DNA of 64,000 nucleotides from Myxococcota bacterium (GCA_036012755.1 DASCPX010000027.1:128001-192000); one strand, 5' to 3'; positions 46,769 through 56,998 are shown, counted from the stretch's first letter. The notes: generated by a model from the letters alone, not told the origin. Program-made: numbers and translations.

Positions 46769-47544
46769 CGAGCCACCATCGCCCAGCGGCCCACGGAGAG
46801 CTTCACCTTGTTCTCGTCCTTCAAGCCGCGCAGGACGCGAAGGACCTCGCTCGGAGACACGTCGTCCCAAGGCGCCTGGCGCTGACAGCCGGCGACCAGC
46901 ACCGCCTGCTTCAGGCCGCTGGAGCCGTAGCTCGAGAGGCGCTGGATGACCTGCTGCCGGAGCCACACGGCCCGCTCCGGGTCCCTCGCGGACTTCGTCG
47001 GCAGCTTCGGACGGCTGGCGCGCGGGGTCCCGTCCTGGGTCGGGGCGCTGCCGCGACGCTTGCGCTTGCGTTCGTCCGGGTGCTTGTGCGAGTCCGGCAC
47101 GTCGAACTGGTGGACCTTCACGGTCTGGCTCTTGGTCGCGGGGTCGACGAGCTCCGGCTCGGCGCTGTCGAAGCAGTCGAGCACGGTCACCATCGCCGGG
47201 GCGCTGCGAATGTGCTTGAGCGCGCCCTCCGAGCGCTCGATCACGGCCTCGCGGAAGCAGGCCGGGATCTTCTCCGCAGGGACCTGGGCGAGCTCGGTGA
47301 GGAAATCCGCGAGGACCGCGCCCTCCGGCAGATCGTTGAACTCACGCACCATCTGGGCCTGGAAGCCCTGGAGGTCCCGTCGCATCTGACCGGGAAGCGA
47401 CTCGAGCTCCGAGAGCGCCAGCAGGTCGCAGAGGCAGTGGGGGTCGAGGGCGTTGAGCGGCTTTCGTACGAGGTCCTGCGTCAGGACCGACAGGGTCGTG
47501 ACATCTGAGGTTCGCAGCCCTGTGATGTTCGTGCGCTTGATCAT
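46762..47544 (-). CDS. hypothetical protein, possible C-terminal winged-helix
   Basis: GAGGA RBS before MIKR; SEVLRVLRGLKDENKVKLSVGRW tail. Confidence 0.65.
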   Translation of the reverse strand: MIKRTNITGLRTSDVTTLSVLTQDLVRKPLNALDPHCLCDLLALSELESLPGQMRRDLQGFQAQMVREFNDLPEGAVLADFLTELAQVPAEKIPACFREAVIERSEGALKHIRSAPAMVTVLDCFDSAEPELVDPATKSQTVKVHQFDVPDSHKHPDERKRKRRGSAPTQDGTPRASRPKLPTKSARDPERAVWLRQQVIQRLSSYGSSGLKQAVLVAGCQRQAPWDDVSPSEVLRVLRGLKDENKVKLSVGRWAMVARW

Positions 47545-47594
47545 CCTGTCCTCTCGAAGCATGTGGTCAGTACCCACCCTCTCGCGGAGCGTCC

Positions 47595-48188
47595 ATGCGA
47601 ATCACCAAGGTCTACACACGCGGCGGCGACAAGGGACTCACGAGTCTGGTCGGCGGAACGCGCGTTCCCAAGAACCACCCTCGCCTCGAAGCCTACGGCA
47701 CAATCGATGAACTCAACACCGTCGTCGGACTCGCGCGGACCTTCAACCGGGGCAGCGAGGCCCCAGAGACCCGCGCGCGCCTCGACGCGATCCTGCGCCG
47801 CGTCCAGAACGAGCTCTTCAGCCTGGGCAGCGACCTCGCGACGCCTCCCGAGCACCGGAGAGAAGGAATGATCCGCGTGGGGGACGAGGAGATCGATCGC
47901 CTGGAGCGGGAGATCGACGAGCTGAACGAGGAGCTCGGGCCGCTCACAGAGTTCATCCTGCCAGGGGGCGGCCCGGTCGGGGCTTTCCTGCACCAGGCCC
48001 GCACCGTCTGCCGTCGCGCCGAGCGCCAGGTGCTCACCCTGGCCGAGAGCGAGGGCGCGGACCTCGACGCAGGATCGCTTCGCTACGTGAACCGACTGTC
48101 GGATCACCTCTTCGTGCTCGGGCGCTGGGCCGCCCGGTCCCTGGGCGAGGAAGAGCACCTCTGGGATCGCCCGGGATCCCGGCGCTAG
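47595..48188 (+). CDS. pduO: cob(I)alamin adenosyltransferase, PduO type
   Basis: KVYTRGGDKGLTSL, YGTIDELN, FILPGG, ARTVCRRAER, NRLSDHLF. Confidence 0.95.
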   Translation: MRITKVYTRGGDKGLTSLVGGTRVPKNHPRLEAYGTIDELNTVVGLARTFNRGSEAPETRARLDAILRRVQNELFSLGSDLATPPEHRREGMIRVGDEEIDRLEREIDELNEELGPLTEFILPGGGPVGAFLHQARTVCRRAERQVLTLAESEGADLDAGSLRYVNRLSDHLFVLGRWAARSLGEEEHLWDRPGSRR

Positions 48189-48190
48189 CG

Positions 48191-51160
48191 CTACTCCTCG
48201 TCCGTCGGGTCGACGGGTGTGTTCAGCATGAAGTCCGGGATGCCCGGCGGCGTCCAGCCGTCTCCGTCGATGTCCACGAAGATCGGGTTCGTGATGGCGA
48301 AGGGCGTCACCGGGTAGACCGTCGGATGCTCCGGGGTCTCGGACAAGAGAGCGCCCACGGCATCGACGCTGGAGAGCGCCTCGGTCACGACGTCCTGGAG
48401 CTGCACCGGCGCGTAGTCCACCGGGGTGAACAGCGGCTCCATGCTCTCTGAGCCTGTCACGATGAGCACGTACCAGCTGTCTTGCTCGGGCAGGTCGACG
48501 TAGGTGTCGACCATTCGCACGACACCCTCGTCGAGCTCGGTCCACTCCTGGACGAGCTCGCCGTTTCGGTAGAGTTCCACGCGGTCGACGCTCATCCAGC
48601 TCGGCGCCTGGATCTCGATGTCGATCTCGACGTCACCCTCGACCACGACCTCGTCGCCGACGATGGCGTCCCCGACGCCGAAGCGCACGAAGGGGCCGTA
48701 GCTGGTGACGACGTGGCCGCTGCGGATGTTCTCGCTGATCTCGATGGGGTCGACCCAGCCCGGGTCGTCGGCGGAGCTCAGGACGTAGTTGCGCGGGCAT
48801 CCGGACTCGGTCGAGGTCGTCCCGTGGGTGTCGGAGTTCCCGACCGCCGTGAAGCGATAGCCGAGGTTGAGCAGGCTGAACCAGTCGTCGACCTGGCCGT
48901 GGAGGCCGTAGCCCAGCGTGTAGGTGCCCTCGTCGAGATGCTGCTGCTCCTCGAGGGTGCGCGCGAGGATCTCGAGGTGGCTGACGTCCTCGCCCGCGGC
49001 GATGCGATCGAGCTCGTCCTGGGTGGGGGTGCGGATGAAGTCGTAGCGCTTGCCGTTGAGGAGCTCGATGGCGTCGAAGTCCATGCTGAAGTTGCTCGAC
49101 GCCAGGAGCAGGTTCGTGAGCGCCAGCAGCGATGTCTCGACGAGCGGATCGTCGATGTCGCCGCCGTAGGGCGAGTAGCCGTACTGGTCGAAGTAGCCGA
49201 GGATGCCGTCCCGAGGGTGAGCGACGACCGTGACGGGGTCGATGTCCTCGACGCCGAGCTCGCGCAGATCGTCGAGCATCTCGTCCGGGGTCGCGTCGGT
49301 CCAGTCGAAGGCTCCGCCGGCGAGGGCGAGGTGGTCGTGGCCGATCGGGAATCCGAGGTAGTGGCCGGCCTCGACGGTCGTGACCTCCACTCCGGGGACC
49401 GAGGAGATCCACGGAGTCATGCCCAGGTCCTCGATGACGGGCCGGAAGTCGCTGACGAAGTCGTGATCGCTGGTGACGAGGAACTCGACGTGCTCCGAGG
49501 CCATGGTGGCCACCCGGCCCTCTGGCGAGACCCCCGAGTCGTGGGAGGGGTTGCTGTGCACGTGCAGATCAGCGCTGATCCAGCCCGTCGTGGCGACGCT
49601 GCGCAGGACCTGGAGCTCGAGGTCCACCGGTCGCGTCGCGCTCACCGAGATGCGCTGCTGGTCGATCTCGTACTCGGGACCGCGCGTGGCGTAGACGACG
49701 TAGTCGCCAGGGGGAAGGGACAGGGAGGTCGCGCCGAAGGGGTTGAAGACCACCGCCTCGGGCATGCCGCCGATGTACGAGTCGCCCAACACGGGGTCGC
49801 GCACGAGGGGCTCGCCGTCGTCGCGGTGGACCGTGATCTTGCTGGGCACGAGCAGCCCGTCCTCGTCGACCACGCTGACGTCGAGGTGCCCGGCGCGGGG
49901 AGCGACCAGGGTCAGACCCTCGACGCTGCGGCCCTCTACGACATCGACCGGGACGCGGGGCCCCGTGCCGGCGCCCCCATCGTGTACGACCAGATCGTAG
50001 GCACCTGGCGGCAGGGTGCCGCCGAAGCTCCCATCCGGGTGGTGATCCTCCCACCCCACGTCGCTCTCCCACTGAGAGAACGGAGCGTCCTCGCCTCGCA
50101 CGTAGACGAGCACATCGACGCCGCTGAGGGACTCGAGGCTTCCCTCTTCCACGACGAAGCCCTCGACCCGACCGCGCGGGGTGCCCCGAGCCTCGAGGAT
50201 CCCGTCGAGCACGCTGCCGACGTCGCCTTTGCCGACGAAGAACATGCGCTCGTAGGTGAACGCGCTGCCCGCCGGGAAGCGTTCCTCCGGGGGCAGCGTG
50301 CCCTCCAGTCCGGCGCCGAAGGTGGCTGTCTGACTGGACGTGAACAGCGGCACGTAGACAGGGCCATCCGCCATCGCCAGGCCGTAGCTGATGCCGTCTG
50401 CGGTGCCTGCGACGAAGTCGAGCTCGAAGGGCTCGAGGAAGGTGTTCTGACCATTGGCGGCGGCGTCCTGGACCGCGCCGTTCTCGTCGAAGCCGATGGT
50501 GGGGGCGAAGACGTTCATGTCGCCGCCCTGGAGGTAGAAGTCACCGAAGGAGAGCCCGGTCTCGATCGCGTACTCCAACAGCGGCAGATCAGGGGTGGCC
50601 CCGAGCTCCACGGCGTCGTCCGGGTACTGGTCCCACTCGGCGAAGTACGCCGTGGTCCGGATGGTCACCCAGGGCTGGCCTGGCTCCACGATGTAGTCGG
50701 TGGCGATGCTGAAGTCCGGAGCCTCGATGATGGCCCAGAGCCCCTTCAGGAGCTTCAGGAAGGGCTCCTGCGGCGCCATCACGCGGACGACCGCGGCGCC
50801 TCCGTCCGAGCCGTCGCTCAGGATCTCGACGGTCCCCTCTCCCTCCATCGCGTACATGACGTTCATGTTGACGGTCGGGAAGAGCTCCGCGAGGCGGTCG
50901 TTGCCGAAGCCCGAGCCCGTCCCTCCAGATGCGCGGTTCAGGTCCGCGTCGATGAGGCTTCCCCCGAAGAGCGATGGCCCCATGGATGCACCGGTCTGCG
51001 TGATCGCGACCCGGATGCGGTCGTTCTCGAGCAGGATGTCCCCCGGCCTGGCGAGCGCCTTTGGCCCACCGATGGTGTCCGAGAGGTCCTCGATCAGCGT
51101 TGCCGATGCGTAGGGCTGAGGGGGTGTTTCACAGGACAGCAGGAGGGCGAGAGGCGTCAT
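48191..51160 (-). CDS. CehA/McbA-family PHP metallohydrolase, lipoprotein
   Basis: ADLHVHS, SDHD, GVEVT, AHPR, DAIELLNG, GNSDTH, PRNY; MTPLALLLSC. Confidence 0.85.
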   Translation of the reverse strand: MTPLALLLSCETPPQPYASATLIEDLSDTIGGPKALARPGDILLENDRIRVAITQTGASMGPSLFGGSLIDADLNRASGGTGSGFGNDRLAELFPTVNMNVMYAMEGEGTVEILSDGSDGGAAVVRVMAPQEPFLKLLKGLWAIIEAPDFSIATDYIVEPGQPWVTIRTTAYFAEWDQYPDDAVELGATPDLPLLEYAIETGLSFGDFYLQGGDMNVFAPTIGFDENGAVQDAAANGQNTFLEPFELDFVAGTADGISYGLAMADGPVYVPLFTSSQTATFGAGLEGTLPPEERFPAGSAFTYERMFFVGKGDVGSVLDGILEARGTPRGRVEGFVVEEGSLESLSGVDVLVYVRGEDAPFSQWESDVGWEDHHPDGSFGGTLPPGAYDLVVHDGGAGTGPRVPVDVVEGRSVEGLTLVAPRAGHLDVSVVDEDGLLVPSKITVHRDDGEPLVRDPVLGDSYIGGMPEAVVFNPFGATSLSLPPGDYVVYATRGPEYEIDQQRISVSATRPVDLELQVLRSVATTGWISADLHVHSNPSHDSGVSPEGRVATMASEHVEFLVTSDHDFVSDFRPVIEDLGMTPWISSVPGVEVTTVEAGHYLGFPIGHDHLALAGGAFDWTDATPDEMLDDLRELGVEDIDPVTVVAHPRDGILGYFDQYGYSPYGGDIDDPLVETSLLALTNLLLASSNFSMDFDAIELLNGKRYDFIRTPTQDELDRIAAGEDVSHLEILARTLEEQQHLDEGTYTLGYGLHGQVDDWFSLLNLGYRFTAVGNSDTHGTTSTESGCPRNYVLSSADDPGWVDPIEISENIRSGHVVTSYGPFVRFGVGDAIVGDEVVVEGDVEIDIEIQAPSWMSVDRVELYRNGELVQEWTELDEGVVRMVDTYVDLPEQDSWYVLIVTGSESMEPLFTPVDYAPVQLQDVVTEALSSVDAVGALLSETPEHPTVYPVTPFAITNPIFVDIDGDGWTPPGIPDFMLNTPVDPTDEE

Positions 51161-51198
51161 GGCGGCGTCAGGTTATCGGCCCCCCGAGAGGTGGTCCA

Positions 51199-52233
51199 AT
51201 GCTGCTGTTGCTGCTTTCCTCGGCCGACGCCGCCGAGACCCGACCCACGGTGCTCGCCCAGGTCTGGGCCACGGCCTACGACCAGGACGAGACCGCCCAG
51301 AGCGATCCCGCTGGCTACGGGGATCCAGAGGACGACCCGGGCTTCAAGGTGCGCCGCGCACGTGTGGGCATGGACGTGGTGGACGACAGCGGCAAGCTGA
51401 GCGCAGGGGTCACCGTCGGCTACAGCGCCGGCTCGGACGCGATCGTCGCCTACGAGGGCGGCGTCGGGCTCGTCGAGGCCCGCGCCTCGGTCCAGGCTCA
51501 TGAGCTCGTGGGGGTCCACGCCGGGCTCGTCAAGGTGCCCGTTGGCCGCGAGACCCTGACCTCGTCGAGCGCCCTGCCTTTCCAGGAGCGCACCGTCGCG
51601 TCGAATCACCTGATGCCCTACCGCGAGGTCGGTGTCCTGGCGGACTTCGAGACCGCGGGGCTGCGCCTGCGCGCGGGGGCATTCAACGGAAACGGCAGCC
51701 TGCGCGGTGACGACGATGCAGGAGTCCTCGCCGCCGGCCGGGCCGAGTACACCCTGGGCGAGGGCGACCCATACCGGACCTTCGGCTCGGTGGACGGCTT
51801 CACCCTCGGAGTCGGCGGCGACTTCGTCTTCAACCCGGAGCTGGCGACCAGGACGATGGTCTACGGTGGCGACATCGTCGTGCGCGTGAAGGGCCTCACC
51901 GCAGTCGTGGAGTACCACCAGGCGAACATCACGCCGACCAACACAGAGGCCGAGGCCCCGGGCGTCCTGGCGGCGACGAAGAGGAGCGGTGGCCACGCCC
52001 AGGTCGGCTACACCATCGCGGATCGGTGGGAGCCCGTCGCGCGCTTCGAGGTCTTCGACGAGGACGCCTCGGAGTCCAACAACGGCGACCTCGCCCACGG
52101 CACCTTCGGCCTGACGGCACACCTCATGGACGACCACCTTCGGCTCGGCGGCGGCTACGTGATGCGCCGCGAGACCGGTGGCCGCACTGTGCCGAACGAC
52201 ACGGTCCGGCTCTGGTCCCAGGTGGCATTCTGA
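51199..52233 (+). CDS. outer-membrane porin (OprO/OprP-like)
   Basis: GFKVRRAR, GLVKVPVGRE..TSS..LPFQER, FNGNG; C-terminal QVAF; GAGGTGG RBS. Confidence 0.8.
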   Translation: MLLLLLSSADAAETRPTVLAQVWATAYDQDETAQSDPAGYGDPEDDPGFKVRRARVGMDVVDDSGKLSAGVTVGYSAGSDAIVAYEGGVGLVEARASVQAHELVGVHAGLVKVPVGRETLTSSSALPFQERTVASNHLMPYREVGVLADFETAGLRLRAGAFNGNGSLRGDDDAGVLAAGRAEYTLGEGDPYRTFGSVDGFTLGVGGDFVFNPELATRTMVYGGDIVVRVKGLTAVVEYHQANITPTNTEAEAPGVLAATKRSGGHAQVGYTIADRWEPVARFEVFDEDASESNNGDLAHGTFGLTAHLMDDHLRLGGGYVMRRETGGRTVPNDTVRLWSQVAF

Positions 52234-52255
52234 GAAAGCCGGGTACAATGCCCAC

Positions 52256-52585
52256 ATGCAAATCGCGGGTCTGCCGGGTGCGAGCGAGCCATCCTTCATG
52301 ACCCGGGACCGCGCGCTGGTGAGCTTCGACACCTTGATCCGATCGACCGTCGAGGAGCTCCTCGAGGCTGGCGTCGACATCTCGCGAGAGGTCACGAAGG
52401 CGACAGTCCAGTGCGCCCGGCAGCTCGTCTGTGCGATGCAGAACCTCGACCGAAGCAGCCTGAGCGAGCTGGTGACACGGGAGCTGCGCCGCTTCCGGAT
52501 CCTGCTCGTGCGACCCGTCGTCGAGGCGATCCTCGCCACCTACGCGGGCATCGTCGCGCGCATGGACATCGACACCGTCTACTGA
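52256..52585 (+). CDS. small helical hypothetical protein
   Basis: TACAAT 6 nt before the ATG; typical codon usage. Confidence 0.55.
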   Translation: MQIAGLPGASEPSFMTRDRALVSFDTLIRSTVEELLEAGVDISREVTKATVQCARQLVCAMQNLDRSSLSELVTRELRRFRILLVRPVVEAILATYAGIVARMDIDTVY

Positions 52586-52598
52586 CATCTCCATAGGG

Positions 52599-52803
52599 GG
52601 ACCCCTGCAGGTCCCCCTACGCGCCTTCGGCGCTTACCCCCCCGGCGACTCTCCGCCTCGCTGTCGCCTCGTTGCTCGGACCGGACCCCTGCAGGTCCCC
52701 CTACGCGCCTTCGGCGCTTACCCCCCCCGGCGACTCTCCGCCTCGCTGTCGACTCGTTGCTCGGACCGGACCCCTGCAGGTCCCCCTACGCGCCTTCGGC
52801 GCT
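52599..52803 (-). repeat. REP/BIME-like tandem array, about 2.4 copies of an 84-85-bp unit
   Basis: Units start at 52599, 52683 and 52768; minus strand reads GTAG followed by palindrome GGGGACC-TGCAGG-GGTCC(CC); lies between convergent genes. Confidence 0.85.
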
Positions 52804-52805
52804 CG

Positions 52806-53762
52806 TCAGGGGCGCTTCGGCAGCTCCTCGTAGCCCCGCGCTTCGAGCCAGCGCTCCGCCTCGAGGGCCGCCATGCAGCCGCTGCCGGCGGCGGTGATCG
52901 CCTGTCGGTAGACCGTGTCCTTGACGTCGCCAGCGGCGAAGACCCCTGGGATGTTCGTCCGGGCAGCGCCGGGCGCGGTGAGGAGGTAGCCGGCGGCGTC
53001 CGTGTCGAGCCAGTCGGCGAAGACCCTGGTGTTGGGTGTGTGGCCGACAGCGATGAAGAGCCCGTCGAGGTCGAAGTCGCGCTCGGTCTTGTCGACGTTG
53101 TCGACGAGGCGCACGCCAGTGACCTCGTCGTCACCGAGCACGTCGATGACCGAGGTGGTCCAGTGCACCGTGATGCGGTCGTTCTCGAAGACCCGCTCCT
53201 GCATGATCTTCGAGGCCCGCAACTCGTCGCGCCGCACGAAGAGGTGCACCTCGGCGAACTTCGTGAGGAAGCACGCCTCCTCCGCGGCCGAGTCTCCTCC
53301 GCCGACGACGCCGACGACCTTGTCCCGGTAGAAGAAGCCGTCACAGGTCGCGCAAGCGCTGACGCCGTAGCCCAACAAGCGCTTCTCGTTGGGCAGGCCG
53401 AGGTAGCGCGCGGTCGCCCCCGTCGCGATGATGAGGGTCCTGGCGAGACCCTCGTCGCCGTTGTCCAAGCGGTATTGGAAGGGCCAGGAGGCGAGATCCA
53501 CGTGTTCGACGGTCCAGGGCTTGTAGACGGTGCCGAAGCGCAGGCACTGCGCCTTCATGAGGTCCATGAGCTCGGGGCCCGTGATCCCCTCCGGGAACCC
53601 GGGGTAGTTGTCGACCTCTGTCGTGATGGTCAGCTGCCCACCGGGCTGCAGCCCCTCGAAGACGATCGGCTGGAGGCTGGCGCGCGAAGTGTAGAGAGCG
53701 GCGGTGTGGCCAGCGGGGCCAGAGCCGATGATGACGACGTCGTGGACCGAGGTATCGGACAA
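52806..53762 (-). CDS. trxB: thioredoxin-disulfide reductase
   Basis: IIGSGPAG, GGQLTITTEVDNYPGF, SACATCDG, GGGDSAAEEA, RQAITAAGSGC; GGAG RBS before TTG. Confidence 0.97.
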   Translation of the reverse strand: MSDTSVHDVVIIGSGPAGHTAALYTSRASLQPIVFEGLQPGGQLTITTEVDNYPGFPEGITGPELMDLMKAQCLRFGTVYKPWTVEHVDLASWPFQYRLDNGDEGLARTLIIATGATARYLGLPNEKRLLGYGVSACATCDGFFYRDKVVGVVGGGDSAAEEACFLTKFAEVHLFVRRDELRASKIMQERVFENDRITVHWTTSVIDVLGDDEVTGVRLVDNVDKTERDFDLDGLFIAVGHTPNTRVFADWLDTDAAGYLLTAPGAARTNIPGVFAAGDVKDTVYRQAITAAGSGCMAALEAERWLEARGYEELPKRP

Positions 53763-53791
53763 CGTGGAACTCCGTGAAAGGTGCAAGTGGC

Positions 53792-54802
53792 GTGACTAAC
53801 GTGGGAGAGCTCATCCAGCGCGAGGCCCGCGACCTGGGGCTGGGCCATGTCCGCTTCGCCCGCGTGGAAGGGCCGACACCTCGCATCGAGGCCTTCGAGG
53901 CCTTCCTGGACGAGGGTCGCCATGGAGTGATGCGCTACCTGGAGAGGGGTCGCAAGATCAGGGGAGACGTGAGCCTTCGCTTCCCCGGCGCCGCCACCGC
54001 GGTCGTCATTGGCCTCGCGCACCATCACGCCCGCCCGCCGGATCCCGGCGGACTCACGGGCATGGTGGCGCGCTACGCCTGGGGACGGGACTACCACAAC
54101 CTCTTCGGCAAGCGGCTGAGGCGGCTCCAGAAGCGCCTTCGCGCTGCAGGCATCGACAGCTGGGGTGGCGTCGACACCGCGCCGATCCTCGAACGTGCCT
54201 GGGCCGAAGCCAGCGGCCTCGGCTTCACCGGGAAGTCGTGCATCCAGATCCTCCCGGCGAGGACGACCTGGTTCTTCCTCGGCGTGCTCTTCGTAGGAGC
54301 GGACATCGACCCCGATCCGCCAGTGGAGCGGGATCACTGCGGCAGCTGCACGCGCTGCCTCGCCGCCTGCCCGGCCGGCGCCTTCGTCGGTCCCTACGAG
54401 CTCGACGCTCGCCGCTGCGTCGCCTACTGGACCATCGAGGCGCCCGGTGCGATTCCCGCTGCCCTGCGTCCCGCGCTTGGCCGCTGGGTCTTCGGCTGCG
54501 ACCTCTGCCAGGAGGTCTGCCCGCACAATGCCGCAGCGCCCGTGTGCCCCGAGGACGACCTCGCCCCACGCAACGCCTGGCTGGACCTCGTCTGGCTGCT
54601 CGACGCCGAGGACGACGTCCTCGATGCCCGTTTCACGGGAACACCCCTGCGCCGCCCCGGGATCGAGGGGCTGCGGCGGAACGCCTGCGTCGTGCTCGGG
54701 AACCTCGGAGACAGGGCGGCCATGCCCGTGCTCGAGCGTGCACTGAAGCGGGGCCCGCTCGTGGCGGAGCATGCCCGTTGGGCCCTGGAGAGGCTCGCAT
54801 GA
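53792..54802 (+). CDS. queG: epoxyqueuosine reductase QueG
   Basis: ARYAWGRDYH, VDTAPILER, CGSCTRCLAACP, FGCDLCQEVCP, LRRNACVVLGN; start between 53774 and 53801. Confidence 0.95.
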   Translation: MTNVGELIQREARDLGLGHVRFARVEGPTPRIEAFEAFLDEGRHGVMRYLERGRKIRGDVSLRFPGAATAVVIGLAHHHARPPDPGGLTGMVARYAWGRDYHNLFGKRLRRLQKRLRAAGIDSWGGVDTAPILERAWAEASGLGFTGKSCIQILPARTTWFFLGVLFVGADIDPDPPVERDHCGSCTRCLAACPAGAFVGPYELDARRCVAYWTIEAPGAIPAALRPALGRWVFGCDLCQEVCPHNAAAPVCPEDDLAPRNAWLDLVWLLDAEDDVLDARFTGTPLRRPGIEGLRRNACVVLGNLGDRAAMPVLERALKRGPLVAEHARWALERLA

Positions 54803-56520
54803 TCGAGGTCCAGCGCGAACACGGCGTCGAGACCCTCTCCTTCGAGGAGTTCGAGAGGCAGGTCCGACGTGGGGACATCCCATCCGAGACGCTCGTCCGG
54901 ATGGAGGTGCTCACCGGCAAGGACTTCAAGCCGGTCGGCGAGCTCGAGCTCTACCAGACACTGGCCGATCCAGAGGACCTCGCCTACGAGCGGCGGCTCC
55001 GCAACGACCCGCCCATCGTGACCGCCCTGTTGGTCGGCGTGCAACTGCGCATCTACCTCTGGAGCAAGGCGCCGGGAGCCGGCGACTGGCTCCTCGATCA
55101 CGCCACCAACTGGGCCCCGGCCGTGTTGGAGTCCGGCGAGGTCTACAGGCTCCTGTCATACGGCGGGCTCCACATGAGCCTCACGCACGCGGCCTTGAAC
55201 ATGCTGTTCCTCGCCTACGCCGGCTGGAACCTCGAGCGCGCCATGGGCCGCCGCAACCTCCTGACCGTGTTCTTCTTCTCGGTCTTCGTCGGCGGGCTGA
55301 TGTCCATGTTCTTGAGCCCGGGACGTCCTTCACTCGGGGCGAGCGGTGGCGACTTCGGGCTCATCGCTGCGGCCGTCGTCTTCGGCTGGAAGCACGAAGA
55401 CCGCCTCCCAGCCTCCGCCCGCAAGTACTTCGGTTGGGCCATCCTCCCCTACCTGGTGTACCCCCTGTGCCTGGGGCTCCTGTCGTCGACCGTCGACAAC
55501 TGGGGCCACCTGGGCGGACTGCTCGGTGGTGCCGCGACGGCGACCTGGCTGCAGCCTGAGGGCTTCAGCCGCTACGCCTCCGCCAACCGCATCGTGCGAC
55601 GGGTAGTGGTGCTGGTGAGCGCGCTGGTCCTGGCCGGGCTCTTCATCTGGGGACCGCGACTGGTCAAGCTCGAGCATCGGAGCGCGCCGAGCGGGCTGGC
55701 CCTGGGTGTTCCCCTCGGCTGGCACGAGGGCTGGGCCTTCACCGAGGATCGCGGGTGGACCTCGCCGACCGGGGCCACGACCCTGGTGGCGACGACCAAG
55801 ACCTACCGGCGTCCCCTCTCACCGGACGAGGCTGTCGAGGCCCTCGTCGAGCAGGTCGAGGCTGGGGGTGATGTGCAGCGTCACGACGTGCGCGCCTTGG
55901 AGGTCGACGGCTGGCCGGCCAGGGAGGTCGAGCTGGACTTCGATCTCGGCGGGGAGCCCCAGGTCATGCATGCCCTGGTCGTCGTGGAGGGCCCCACGGT
56001 GCATCGGGTCCACCTCCACGGCAGCCAGGAGCGGGCTCGCAGATCGAGGCAGCTCGCCGAGCACGTCTTCTCCCTGGTCGAGGTCCAGGACCCCCAGGTC
56101 CTCGTCGCGGCGCGCGAGAAGGCAGCGCGCAACCCGCGCTCGTGGAAGGCGAACCTCCAGGTCGCCAGACTGGAAGCGCTCTACGGCTACCCCGAGGCCT
56201 CGTGGGAGGCCTACCGGCGGGCCTATCGCGACGCCTCCGAGCGCAAGCCGGAGATCGCGGCGGGCATCCTCGATCTGTACGCCGACTACGGCGAGGGACC
56301 GGAGCCCGAGCGCATCGACCAGCTGATCGAAGCCCACTGGCGACATCCATCGGTCGCGGCCACGGGGGCTGACGCCCTCGATCGAATGGGGCGAGACGCC
56401 GATGCCATCGCGCTGTTGGACGAGGCATGGGTGGCGACCGGCGGAGACTTCGTGGTGCGGCGCGCGCGGGAGTCCCGCGGCCTGTCGTCGGATCCGCCCG
56501 GTCCTATTCCTGGTCCGTGA
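54799..56520 (+). CDS. rhomboid intramembrane serine protease with N-terminal GYF_2-like and C-terminal soluble/TPR domains
   Basis: YRLL..GGLH..HAALN, LGASGG, WGHLGG; ATGA overlap with queG. Confidence 0.9.
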   Translation: MIEVQREHGVETLSFEEFERQVRRGDIPSETLVRMEVLTGKDFKPVGELELYQTLADPEDLAYERRLRNDPPIVTALLVGVQLRIYLWSKAPGAGDWLLDHATNWAPAVLESGEVYRLLSYGGLHMSLTHAALNMLFLAYAGWNLERAMGRRNLLTVFFFSVFVGGLMSMFLSPGRPSLGASGGDFGLIAAAVVFGWKHEDRLPASARKYFGWAILPYLVYPLCLGLLSSTVDNWGHLGGLLGGAATATWLQPEGFSRYASANRIVRRVVVLVSALVLAGLFIWGPRLVKLEHRSAPSGLALGVPLGWHEGWAFTEDRGWTSPTGATTLVATTKTYRRPLSPDEAVEALVEQVEAGGDVQRHDVRALEVDGWPAREVELDFDLGGEPQVMHALVVVEGPTVHRVHLHGSQERARRSRQLAEHVFSLVEVQDPQVLVAAREKAARNPRSWKANLQVARLEALYGYPEASWEAYRRAYRDASERKPEIAAGILDLYADYGEGPEPERIDQLIEAHWRHPSVAATGADALDRMGRDADAIALLDEAWVATGGDFVVRRARESRGLSSDPPGPIPGP

Positions 56521-56998
56521 CCAGGCGCCCGCTCAGCGTGCCGTCAACGGTCAGCACGCCAGAGTCCCCGGCGGAGGTCTGCCAGGTGTCGACGGCGCTG
56601 TAGATGCCGCTGAGCTCGTCGCCCTGCCAGATGATGTTCGCGTTCCAGGCGACATCATGGTCCGAGAACTGGGCCCCGGTGTCACCGAGCGTGGTGTTGT
56701 CGCTCGTCCAGTCCGTGCCGACCGTCTTGAGCGTGAAGGCGTTGCAGTTGTCGGAGTCCGGGACGTACTTCGCGGAGAACTCCTGCCCCTCGATCAGGAT
56801 GCGGAAGGTGGAGTTGGCTCCGACGTAGGTCAACTGCCACTCTCGCTCCCCGTTGTAGAAGGGCGCGTAGGTCGGCATCACGCTGTCTTCGGGGTTGTCG
56901 TGGTTGCTGACCGACGAGAACACCGAGTAGGTACCGGCGATCCGGGATGCATCGGTGCACTCGTTCGAGCAAGCCAGAAGGCCCAGGAGCACAGTCAT
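56504..56998 (-). CDS. hypothetical lipoprotein
   Basis: GAGGTG RBS; MTVLLGLLAC; beta-rich. Confidence 0.7.
   Translation of the reverse strand: MTVLLGLLACSNECTDASRIAGTYSVFSSVSNHDNPEDSVMPTYAPFYNGEREWQLTYVGANSTFRILIEGQEFSAKYVPDSDNCNAFTLKTVGTDWTSDNTTLGDTGAQFSDHDVAWNANIIWQGDELSGIYSAVDTWQTSAGDSGVLTVDGTLSGRLVTDQE

Noticed and set aside
52599..52803. Possible CRISPR array
   Set aside because: The intervening sequences are near-identical rather than unique spacers, and there are no cas genes; it fits a REP-like tandem repeat
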